Positions 47,801-55,496 of a stretch of DNA of 64,000 nt are shown piece by piece. The notes beneath the pieces were generated by a model, which saw only the letters and a list, made by a program, of their open reading frames with translations, did not search any database and had not been told where the DNA came from. The position numbers and the translations under genes were made by a program. Location of the stretch: positions 233 through 64,232 of the forward strand of contig CAZTRG010000317.1 of NCBI GenBank assembly GCA_964615885.1, given 5' to 3'. This DNA comes from an uncultured Planctomycetia bacterium. GTDB taxonomy: Bacteria; Planctomycetota; UBA8108. Every line of letters begins with the position of its first letter. Positions within the stretch are counted from its first letter, which is position 1.

Positions 47801-49324
47801 CATGATCTCGTTGATGACGATGTCGGCCCGGGGGTTGTGCCGGTTGGCCCGGACCGGGGTGGCCTCCTCGAAGACGATGCGGTTATCGGCGCCATCGGGG
47901 AAGCGGCCGCTTGAGAGGCCTTCAGCGGTGGTGCGCGGGTTGAAGGCATCGATGAAGAGGCCCCGGCCATCGTCAAGGATGAGAGCCTGGATCCGGTCGA
48001 GCTCGAAGGCCAGCTCGGATTCAAAGATGATCAACCGCTCCCCTGCGGCGATGGTGGTTTGAGGCGGCAGGATGTAGCTTCCGGCCTCCACCGGGAAGAG
48101 GCCTATCCGCCGGCCGGAAGCATCGAGCTCTTCAGCTCCGGGGTTGTAGAGCTCAACCCAGCCGCTTCCTTCGCCGCCGCTGTAGATCTCGTTGATGACC
48201 AGGTCTCGTGCGGGCGGGGCGGGGTTGTCTTCAGGCTTCTCTTCTTCTTCCTGTTCAATAAAATCGAGAAAGGGCGAAATGCTGAAATCAGAGCTGTCGA
48301 GGCCGGTGTTGTGGCCCTGGACCGCGAGGATGTTTTCACCTTCACGCAGGAGCCCGAGGTTTTCGACCTGGAATTCTTCGGCGGCTCCGGCCTCGTGGTT
48401 GACGGTGGTCGGGCTGTCAAACTCAATCGCATCAAGGTTGGCCCGGGCAACCTCCTCTCCATTGATATAGGCAACAAAGCCATCGTCATAATCGACCGAC
48501 AGGATCACCCTGGCTACGCGGTCAAGATCTTCAATCTCAAAGCTGCGCCGAAGAAATACAGTCAGGTAATTTCCCGCCATGTCCTCAAGGGGAGTGGCGT
48601 CATCATCGTCACCATAGCCGAAGCCCGCCGGGCCGGATTCCCAGGCGCTGTCGTCGAAATCGTCGGCTTTCCAGTTCTCAGGCGGAGCCTCGGTGCCCCT
48701 GAAGAAACGGAACTCGGCGCCCCGCTCAACCAGGGTGGAGCGGTTGGCCTGGGGGGCCTCGGCGTCAACAATTCGTACCGAGTTCTCCCTGGCGGGGGTG
48801 CCCCCGACAGGGATCGAGGCCGACCAGCTGCGCGGGTCTGTTTCTTCCAGGGCCGGAGAGATTCGCTCGAGCGAGGGCCCCAGCCCATCGGCGGTTTCCG
48901 GCCAGAGGTCCGACTCTCCGTAATCGACGAAGGACACCATGTAACCCAGTGGAGTCCAGAGCTGGAGGAGCTCGCCGGCATTGTCGAGGTTGCCGGAAAA
49001 GTCACCCTGGATGGTTTCTCTCGGGAGGTCGTAGCGGCTTGCCAGCAGGTCTGCATCGGCAGCGATGACAAGGAGGCTGCCGGCCTCCATGACGCTTCCC
49101 CGCGGAAACACATAGCTGACCGCCCCGCTGAGCAGCCATCCGCTGATGTCGACATCTCTTGAGCCGTAATTGTACAGCTCCACGAACTCCCCTGCGGATC
49201 CTCCATCGCCGGGATGGTAATGGACCTCGTTGATGATGACGGTTTGCGCAAGCGCCCTGGTGCCTAGCAGGCAGCCAGCGACGCAAAGAGCCAGTCCGAT
49301 GATTGTTCGGGTTCTGATTCCCAT
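44588..49324 (-). CDS. Secreted lamin-tail-domain / CotH kinase family protein with C-terminal dockerin-like domain
   Basis: 1578 aa. Three (V/I)INE(V/I)..(F/W/Y)(V/I)EL(Y/L)N lamin-tail domains. CotH motifs GIRLRGSSAR, GNLYR, DYFLY, LLPWDLD. PKD-like WEKISGP. Dockerin-like end. Confidence 0.9.
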   Translation of the reverse strand: MGIRTRTIIGLALCVAGCLLGTRALAQTVIINEVHYHPGDGGSAGEFVELYNYGSRDVDISGWLLSGAVSYVFPRGSVMEAGSLLVIAADADLLASRYDLPRETIQGDFSGNLDNAGELLQLWTPLGYMVSFVDYGESDLWPETADGLGPSLERISPALEETDPRSWSASIPVGGTPARENSVRIVDAEAPQANRSTLVERGAEFRFFRGTEAPPENWKADDFDDSAWESGPAGFGYGDDDDATPLEDMAGNYLTVFLRRSFEIEDLDRVARVILSVDYDDGFVAYINGEEVARANLDAIEFDSPTTVNHEAGAAEEFQVENLGLLREGENILAVQGHNTGLDSSDFSISPFLDFIEQEEEEKPEDNPAPPARDLVINEIYSGGEGSGWVELYNPGAEELDASGRRIGLFPVEAGSYILPPQTTIAAGERLIIFESELAFELDRIQALILDDGRGLFIDAFNPRTTAEGLSSGRFPDGADNRIVFEEATPVRANRHNPRADIVINEIMYNPADDAGGEYIELLNRSGEAVNLSGWAFTRGIDFEFPNGTSIGPGEYLVLAREPLLTQKHYGLGNVLGPWEGGLSNSAETLLLRDQNGNPADRVRYADEGSYPETPDGEGPSLELINPGIENRYGPAWRASEEQGSPGRFNTRSQPDPDPIIAGIRHHPVMPTADESVRVLASVSDERELTGVSLTWEVDGDDDSRETIEMVDDGEGDDGVEGNGIYGAEIPAQSDLDIVAFWINAQAEGDQSVRAPEDAPERPCLYQVEDSPPGELRPLYRIIMRRSGLQNFRNRARGSEELANMTLVADGRAWHNRGIRLRGSSARSCNPLSYRIQFDHDSDFHGIKRINMNGCNADQQWLGLDFLRRTGTATPLAWFRRLSFNRELDPGWHLRVEVIRQDFLERVFPGDSDGNLYRGIGQANLDYRGENADRYRGNYRKDTNRDADDYSDVADLCRDFDSGETSDADFPEAVEQRIDVLQWSKYFATYAMLGSTENSIVLNNGDDYFLYRRFSDNRWILLPWDLDSCFDQANQELFRPTVDQIERFLEHPRYAPDYLCYIATFLESAWGDEQVDARIDHVAPLFANGRINRLRDYADQRRAYLEERIDTRFEITGISGGTTCEGILYPNRPRISIEGVAPSCGSSDIFVGETKAVFDYQSGTWSADIDIRAPGRIEIVARDRTGFERARITLPTDGPPQEAEAEDLPGEQREGSDYIALRSTDYGEITDPDDDGITWRFTEGVDTSLSADGRVLTAPNDGDFRSRQQSSAVYRLRFRQAGNYRAYFRVRGFDRNSNSIWRPPGFDRNPDVNMNTGNGGRFQWISQGDYTVTQEDVDENRALEFIFGVREFRAQLDAFVLSLDADLEGPDLNGLFGQGPAVAAAVRPVVEFTPAQEATLAEGSAEITFDGRASHDGACGRDDLEFAWEKISGPEGATFAGQANLPVASVVFTEAGEYTYSLTVSTAGEPESARSRRFNVSVSPGAGGADSTFLLCDSNADGKNTLADAIFTLRNLFLGDSQTRCDAAMDCDSDGEITLSDSVFNLNYLFLAGNAPNAPFPDCDTTPAENCEISNCPN

Positions 49325-49388
49325 GTTTTATCCACAAAGGTTCGAAGCCGTACCCAAGGTTCAATTCTCCAGCTTGAATACAGGCAGC

Positions 49389-49404
49389 ACAAGCATTATG
49401 CCAA
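49389..49404 (-). promoter_or_regulatory. Sigma54-like promoter of the CotH-dockerin gene
   Basis: Minus strand TTGGCATAATGCTTGT (GG-N10-GT), 65 nt upstream of ATG 49324. Confidence 0.5.
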
Positions 49405-49479
49405 CATTCCCGCGATGAACAGGTTCGGGAGGCAACGGCGGCTTTTCTCGTTGTCCTGGCGGGGGTAAACTTTCCACTG

Positions 49480-50145
49480 ATGAAGAAAAGAAGTAAGAGT
49501 AAAAAAAGCCGCCTGCTCCGGGCAGGCCTTGTGGTGGCGTTTGCGGGGGTAGTTCTATGGGCCTTGTTCGGGCGCCCGCAGCAGCAGGATGCTCCGCAGG
49601 CAGGCTGGAGAGAAGAGGTGGCTGTCGAGCTGGGCACGCTTCCAAGAGAGCAATGGGCGGCCTCGGAAAAAATCCGGCCGCCGCTCCCGATGGGAAAGCC
49701 AGGCCGGATCACTGTTCATCATTCCGGCGGAGCTATTTTCACGGCCATCGAGAGAGGGCCGGTCGGCCGGGCGATCAAGGCGATCCAGGATACGCATGTC
49801 GGCTCTAATGGCTGGGATGATATTGGCTACCACCTGGTTGTCGATCCGGCCGGCAGGGCCTGGGAGGGCCGGCATCTTGACAGGATTGGAGCCCATGCGG
49901 GCTCCCGTGCGCTCAACAAGGGCAACATTGGTATTCTTGTGCTGGGGAACTTTGATCTCCAGCAGCCCACGGCAGCCCAGCTTGACCGCCTGGAGGAGCT
50001 GCTGCTGCGCCTGCGGCGCCGCTTTGCGATCGCAGGCAGTAAAATTTACACCCACAATGCCGTCCGCGCGGTGGAGGATCTGGGCCCGACAGCCTGTCCC
50101 GGAAGACATCTCGCCGAGTGGCTCAAAAGCCGTAAAGAGAACTGA
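49480..50145 (+). CDS. Membrane-anchored N-acetylmuramoyl-L-alanine amidase (Amidase_2 / PGRP-like)
   Basis: N-terminal TM; ITVHHS, GWDDIGYH, EGR..GAHA, NIGILVLGNF, H..TACPG with Zn ligands retained. Confidence 0.9.
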   Translation: MKKRSKSKKSRLLRAGLVVAFAGVVLWALFGRPQQQDAPQAGWREEVAVELGTLPREQWAASEKIRPPLPMGKPGRITVHHSGGAIFTAIERGPVGRAIKAIQDTHVGSNGWDDIGYHLVVDPAGRAWEGRHLDRIGAHAGSRALNKGNIGILVLGNFDLQQPTAAQLDRLEELLLRLRRRFAIAGSKIYTHNAVRAVEDLGPTACPGRHLAEWLKSRKEN

Positions 50146-50228
50146 AAACTCTTGGATGCGCCGAGCTTGACTCGGTTTCCTGCTGCGGTTATCTTTCGAC
50201 TTTCGGAGAGCTTTTCCCAGTTTTCTGC

Positions 50229-50265
50229 AGGACTGTCTTTAGTGTGCGAGGACTGTCTTAAGTGT
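50229..50265 (+). repeat. 17-nt direct repeat over the purF start
   Basis: AGGACTGTCTTTAGTGT (50229-50245) and AGGACTGTCTTAAGTGT (50249-50265), 16/17 identical, period 20. Confidence 0.6.
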
Positions 50266-51953
50266 TAGATCAGGTTCATGACGAATGTGGTATTGCGGCT
50301 GTCTACAGGCTGGACAGCGCAATCAATTCTGAGGAGGAACTGTACGAGGGTTCTGTAACCCGGCTGGTTCCTGACATGCTCATCGATCTGCAGAACCGCG
50401 GCCAGCTGGCCGCCGGGCTTACCCGTTTCGACGAGTCGGCAGCCCAGTTGATTGACACCTACAAGGAGGTGGGCAGCGTTACCGATGTGTTTCACCTGAC
50501 GCATCCGGACCCCGGCAAGTTCCGTGCGATTGTTGACAAGTACAGCGGTCGTGCAGCGATCGGGCATACCCGTTACGCCACCTGCGGAAAAGAGGGGCGC
50601 GAATACGCCCAGCCTTTTGAGCGCCACCATGGACGGAAGTGGAAATGGTTCGCCTTCTGCTTCAACGGCAACATTGCCAACTACGTCGAGGTGCGCAAGA
50701 AGCTGCTTGAGCAGGACAAGGGTGACTACCACCTGGCCCACGATACCGACACCGAGCTCTTCATGCATCACCTGGCCTATGCCAACAAGGGAGATGAGAA
50801 GCCTGATTTTGTCGAGGTGTTCCGGCACCTTGCCGACACGGTCGATGGCGCCTACAGCCTTGCCTTTCTCAATGCCGATGGGGACCTGATCCTGGCGCGT
50901 GACCCTCTCGGGGTCCGCCCCCTGGTATACGGTTTCCGCGGCAACCTCTTCGGTGCTGCCTCCGAGAGCCTGGCTCTTGCCAACAAGGGCTTTGAGGATC
51001 TGCATGATCTCGAGCCGGGGCACCTGATCCATGTGCGGCCGGAGGGGTACGAGATCAAGCAGTTTGCGGCCTCTCCCCGCAAGGCGCATTGTTTCTTTGA
51101 GTGGGTTTATTTTGCCAATGTCGCCTCCGAGCTCAATGGGCGGTCGGTCTACCTCGCCCGGAACCGGCTTGGCGAGGCGCTGGCCGATGCTGAGCCGCTG
51201 GAGGCTGACCCCGAAGACAGCATCGCGGTGCCGGTTCCTGATACCGCCAAGGCGGCCTGTGACGCGATGGCCCACCGCCTCGGCATTCCGACCAAGGAGG
51301 GCCTGATCCGGAATCGCTACGTCGGGCGCACCTTTATCGAGGGCAAGAACCGCAAGGCCAGGGTGCAGCGCAAATACACTGTCTTGCCGGAGGTGGTGCG
51401 CGGCAAGCGGGTCTTCCTGGTTGAAGACAGCATTGTTCGATCGACGACTCTCCGCGTGATCGTGAAGATGCTCAAAAAATACGGTGGCGCAAAAGAGGTG
51501 CATGTACGGGTAGCCTGCCCGCCGATCATGGCCCCCTGCAGCTACGGCATCGACATGTCGACCGTCAGCGAGCTGATCGCGCCGCAGTTCTTCAAGGAGC
51601 CGGTCAAGGGAGACCTGGCAGCAACGGGCCTCGATGCGCTGGCTGGAGATCTCGGGGCCGATACCCTGCGATACCTGACGGTTGAAGAGATGAACGGGGC
51701 GCTTGGCCTGTCGGAGTGTGAGCTTTGTGAGGGCTGCCTGACGGGCGAGTATCCTACTGAATGGGGTCAGAAACTTTACAAGGAGGCGCTTCTTTCCCGG
51801 GACTGTCCGAGCGAGGGGCGCACCTACGAGAAGCTTTCCCTTGGCGAAGAAGACGAGGCTCCTGGCGAAGAAGACGAGGAACGTGCGGGCCCGGAAGGCT
51901 CCGCGCAGGAGTTGCCGCTGGGGGCAACGACCCCGGAGGGGGGCGGTAGCTGA
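50262..51953 (+). CDS. purF: Amidophosphoribosyltransferase
   Basis: Short propeptide then ECGI, IGHTRYAT, RDPLGVRPL, CFFEWVYF, VEDSIVRSTT, YGIDM, CEGCLTGEYP. Confidence 0.94.
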   Translation: MLDQVHDECGIAAVYRLDSAINSEEELYEGSVTRLVPDMLIDLQNRGQLAAGLTRFDESAAQLIDTYKEVGSVTDVFHLTHPDPGKFRAIVDKYSGRAAIGHTRYATCGKEGREYAQPFERHHGRKWKWFAFCFNGNIANYVEVRKKLLEQDKGDYHLAHDTDTELFMHHLAYANKGDEKPDFVEVFRHLADTVDGAYSLAFLNADGDLILARDPLGVRPLVYGFRGNLFGAASESLALANKGFEDLHDLEPGHLIHVRPEGYEIKQFAASPRKAHCFFEWVYFANVASELNGRSVYLARNRLGEALADAEPLEADPEDSIAVPVPDTAKAACDAMAHRLGIPTKEGLIRNRYVGRTFIEGKNRKARVQRKYTVLPEVVRGKRVFLVEDSIVRSTTLRVIVKMLKKYGGAKEVHVRVACPPIMAPCSYGIDMSTVSELIAPQFFKEPVKGDLAATGLDALAGDLGADTLRYLTVEEMNGALGLSECELCEGCLTGEYPTEWGQKLYKEALLSRDCPSEGRTYEKLSLGEEDEAPGEEDEERAGPEGSAQELPLGATTPEGGGS

Positions 51954-52065
51954 AGGCCGCTGCCGGCTGGGAAGCTTCCTGTGCCGCTGCTTGTGTGCAG
52001 CGCTTTACGAAAAATGCTCTGCCGGCGCTGGCCGGCGGGTTGGCCAACTGCATACCGAGCGTATT

Positions 52066-53316
52066 ATGAATCTCCCCGTGATCCGGCCCGGACGGCGATT
52101 TTTTCTCCTCCTTATTCTCTTGCTGGCGCTGGCCGTTCCTGCCGGCCTCCGGGGAGGCACCCGCCTCGGGGTTGTCTCGGACCCGGTGGCCACCGACCTG
52201 GCCTGGACCCCTCTGAGCTTCAGGCTGCAGGGGGTGCCCGATCTGCCCGCGGTGAAGGTGCGCCGGGTTTCCGATGGCAAGGAGCTCCCGTCCCAGCTGG
52301 AGCGCATCAAGGGAGGCGTTGTGGTGCACTGGGTCTCCCCGAGATTGCCTGCCGGAAAGCAGGGCTCCTGGAGTATCGAGCTGCTGGGCAAGGCGCCCAA
52401 GGGTAAGGATCGTATCAAGGTGCTTACGCAGGGGCGCGGCTCCAGCCGCATCGATATCGATGGCAAGGTCTTCAGCAGCTATGTCTATGGAGGCAAGGGG
52501 CTCTACAAGCCGTATTTCTATCCCTTGCGCAACCCCGCCGGCAGCAACCTGACTCGTCATTACCCTCTCAAGAGCCCGGCGAAAGGGGAGCGCGCTGACC
52601 ATCCGCACCATCGCTCGCTGTGGTTTACCCATGGCGAGGTGAACGGGGTTGATTTCTGGGATGAAGGTCCCGCAACCGGGAGGATTGTTCACCGGGGCTT
52701 CAAGAGCAAAGAGTCTGGCGCCGTCTACGGCAGGCTGGTTTCGACCAACAGCTGGGAGACGGTAAAAGGTGAGAAGATCCTCGAGGAGAGGAGGGATGTA
52801 AAAATCATTCCACTGGAAGGCGGGCAGGTCCTGATGGACTTTGACATCACCCTGGTGGCGACCGAGGGAGCTGTTCATTTCGGTTCGACCAAGGAAGGCT
52901 CTTTCGGCATTCGCGTTGCCGGCACCATGAAGCAGACCAGCGGCGGCAGCATCCGGAGCTCTCGCGGCGGCTCGGGCGCCTCAGAGTGCTGGGGCAAACC
53001 GGCTGAATGGATTGACTATTACGGCCGGGTTGAGGGCAAGGAGGTCGGGGTGACCATCATGGACCACCCCGGGAGTTTCCGCCACCCGACGCATTGGCAT
53101 GTCAGGGATTATGGACTTTTTGCAGCCAATCCATTCGGGCACAGGCATTTCTACGGTAAGAAGGAGGCGGAAAAGGGTGCTTATCGGATGCTCAAGGGAC
53201 AGTCCATCCGCCTGAGATACCGCCTCTATCTTCATCACGGAAACACCGTAAAGGCTTCTGTTAAAAGTGTTTATGCTGGATTCTCCCAGCCGCCGCTGCT
53301 CCATCTGAAGCGCTGA
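52066..53316 (+). CDS. Exported DUF6807 / PF14100-like protein
   Basis: Signal peptide; KPYFYPL, DHPHHRSLWF, KEGSFGIRVA, WIDY, DHPGS..WHVRDYGLFAANPF. Confidence 0.75.
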   Translation: MNLPVIRPGRRFFLLLILLLALAVPAGLRGGTRLGVVSDPVATDLAWTPLSFRLQGVPDLPAVKVRRVSDGKELPSQLERIKGGVVVHWVSPRLPAGKQGSWSIELLGKAPKGKDRIKVLTQGRGSSRIDIDGKVFSSYVYGGKGLYKPYFYPLRNPAGSNLTRHYPLKSPAKGERADHPHHRSLWFTHGEVNGVDFWDEGPATGRIVHRGFKSKESGAVYGRLVSTNSWETVKGEKILEERRDVKIIPLEGGQVLMDFDITLVATEGAVHFGSTKEGSFGIRVAGTMKQTSGGSIRSSRGGSGASECWGKPAEWIDYYGRVEGKEVGVTIMDHPGSFRHPTHWHVRDYGLFAANPFGHRHFYGKKEAEKGAYRMLKGQSIRLRYRLYLHHGNTVKASVKSVYAGFSQPPLLHLKR

Positions 53317-53400
53317 GGGATTCATCACCTCCTCTCCCACTTCAGACCTTCTGCGTGATACAATCGTCGTTTTGCACAATTTTGCAGGACGTCAGAGATC

Positions 53401-54702
53401 ATGGACCGGATTCTTTCATCGCAGGCAGCCTCCCATAAGGGAGATGAGGTTCGCCTGGCCGGGTGGGTTCATAACCTTCGTATTCATAAGGATGTGCAGT
53501 TTCTCGTTCTGCGCGACCGTGGCGGTCTGATCCAGGCTGTTGCCAAGCCCGGCCCCGAGACCGACCTGTCGGAGATCGGCAAGGAGTTTGTTGTCGAGGT
53601 GACCGGAACCGTCATGGACGAGCCCAGGGCGGAGGGTGGTGTCGAGATCCACCTCTCTTCAGTCAAGGTGCTGTCGGTGGCCGAGGAGCCTCCCCTTGAG
53701 ATCAACCGGCCAAAGGTCCTGGCGAAGACCCACCTGGATAAGATTCTCGACAACCGGCCGATCTCGTTAAGGGCTCCCGAAATCCGCGCGGTCTTCGAGG
53801 TCCAGGCTGTCCTGGTGGAAGCCTTCGGCTCCTACCTCCGCTCACAGGGCTTTACCGAGATCAAGAGCTCGAAGCTGGTGGGTACCGGCACCGAGGGCGG
53901 AGCCAACGTTTTCGAGATCGATTATTTCGGCCGGCCGGCTTTTCTCGCCCAGTCGCCCCAGTTCTACAAGCAGATCATGGTTGGCAGTGGCCTCGAGAGG
54001 GTCTTCGAGATCGGGCCGGTCTACCGGGCTGAGAAACATGAAACCTCCCGCCATGTAAATGAATACACCTCGCTCGATTTTGAGATGGGCTTTATCCAGG
54101 ATGAGCAGGACATCATCTCGATGCAGATCGGACTGGTGGGGCATATGTGTGATGCCGCCAGGGAGCACTGCCCAGCCCAGCTCGAGCTGCTGGGCGCAAC
54201 CGTGCCGGAGGTGAAGGGGGTGATTCCCCAGGTGACCTTCAAGGAGGCCGGTGAGATTCTCAAGAAAGAAGGCCACCGCGGTGGCCCCAGGGGCGACCTG
54301 GACCCCGAGGGAGAGCGCATGCTCTGTGCCTGGGCAGAAAAGGAGCACGGCTCAGACTTCCTTTACGTTGTCGGCTTCCCGCTTTCAAAGCGGCCGATGT
54401 ATACCGGCTTCCTGGAGGACGACCCGGAGACCTCGCGCAGCTTTGACCTGCTGTGGCGCGGCCTGGAGGTGACCACCGGGAGCCAGCGCATCCATGACCA
54501 TGCGCTCTTGTGTGAAAAGATGAAAGAGAGAGGGCTCGACCCGGCGGAGTACGACTACTATGTCAGCGCTTTCCGCCATGGGATGCCGCCTCACGGAGGA
54601 CTGGGACTCGGCCTGGAGCGCTTCACCATGCAGATGCTCGGGCTGGCGAATGTCAAGCAGGCCACGCTCTTCCCCCGTGACCGCCGCCGCATCTCTCCTT
54701 GA
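53401..54702 (+). CDS. aspS: Aspartyl-tRNA synthetase, short archaeal/AspRS2 type
   Basis: 433 aa, no bacterial insertion domain; GWVHNLR, LRDR, LAQSPQFYKQ, YRAEKHETSRHVNE, GSQRIHD, PPHGGLGLGLER, FPRD. Confidence 0.9.
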   Translation: MDRILSSQAASHKGDEVRLAGWVHNLRIHKDVQFLVLRDRGGLIQAVAKPGPETDLSEIGKEFVVEVTGTVMDEPRAEGGVEIHLSSVKVLSVAEEPPLEINRPKVLAKTHLDKILDNRPISLRAPEIRAVFEVQAVLVEAFGSYLRSQGFTEIKSSKLVGTGTEGGANVFEIDYFGRPAFLAQSPQFYKQIMVGSGLERVFEIGPVYRAEKHETSRHVNEYTSLDFEMGFIQDEQDIISMQIGLVGHMCDAAREHCPAQLELLGATVPEVKGVIPQVTFKEAGEILKKEGHRGGPRGDLDPEGERMLCAWAEKEHGSDFLYVVGFPLSKRPMYTGFLEDDPETSRSFDLLWRGLEVTTGSQRIHDHALLCEKMKERGLDPAEYDYYVSAFRHGMPPHGGLGLGLERFTMQMLGLANVKQATLFPRDRRRISP

Positions 54703-54779
54703 GGTTGTTCTTCAGCGGGACTTGCAGAAAGACTCTTTCTCCTCGACCATGAATTCATGACAGGCAGGGAAGCTCATCG

Positions 54780-55481
54780 ATGAAAAACAGGACCGGGACA
54801 GCGTGCATCCTGGCGGGCTTCGCTCTCCTTCTCTGCGGCTGCGATGCGGGTGCAGGGCGGGGGGGGCAAGGTGGGCCGGGTTCGCCGGCAGAGACGGAGG
54901 ACAAGGTGAAGCAGGTAATTGCAGAGCTGGACAGGGTCTGCCGGGAGCAGACGGTCTATATGATCGGGCCGGAAAAGGGCGCCCGGATTGCCGAGCTGGT
55001 GCGCTCGAGGGAGCCCGCGGTGGTGGTTGAGTGTGGTACTGCACTGGGCTATTCGGGCCTCTGGATTGCCCGGGAGCTCGACAAGCTCGGCAAGGGCCGG
55101 CTGATCACCATCGAGCTGGATGCGGATCGGGCACGACGGGCGCGTGAAAACTTCGAACGCGCCGGGCTTGCCGGCCGGGTCGAGGTTCGTACCGGGGATG
55201 CCCGCGAGCTCGTTCGGGAAATTGAGGAGGAGGTCGACCTTCTCTTCCTGGACTGCAATTACTCCAACTACCACCCCTGTTTTACAGGCCTGGAGGGCCG
55301 CCTCAGGGATGGAGCCCTGGTGGTGGCTGACAACGTGGGTCTTGGCGCTGCGGGGATGAAGGATTACCTCGACCTGGTCCGTTCGCGTCACAAGAGCGAA
55401 ACAGAATGGTTTGATATCGATCTTCCCTGGGGTAAGCGCGATGCCATGGAGCTGACGGTCTTTCGTAGAAAAGCCGACTAG
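54780..55481 (+). CDS. Class I SAM-dependent O-methyltransferase with lipoprotein-like signal
   Basis: VECGTALGYS, TIELD, GDA, DLLFLD, VADNV; N-terminal FALLLCGC lipobox. Confidence 0.85.
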   Translation: MKNRTGTACILAGFALLLCGCDAGAGRGGQGGPGSPAETEDKVKQVIAELDRVCREQTVYMIGPEKGARIAELVRSREPAVVVECGTALGYSGLWIARELDKLGKGRLITIELDADRARRARENFERAGLAGRVEVRTGDARELVREIEEEVDLLFLDCNYSNYHPCFTGLEGRLRDGALVVADNVGLGAAGMKDYLDLVRSRHKSETEWFDIDLPWGKRDAMELTVFRRKAD

Positions 55482-55496
55482 GGGAGGCGTCCTGCC

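Noticed and set aside
52066-53316. Methane monooxygenase (PF14100 is labelled PmoA)
   Set aside because: Soluble exported beta-type protein with no pmoCAB context; the family name is misleading.
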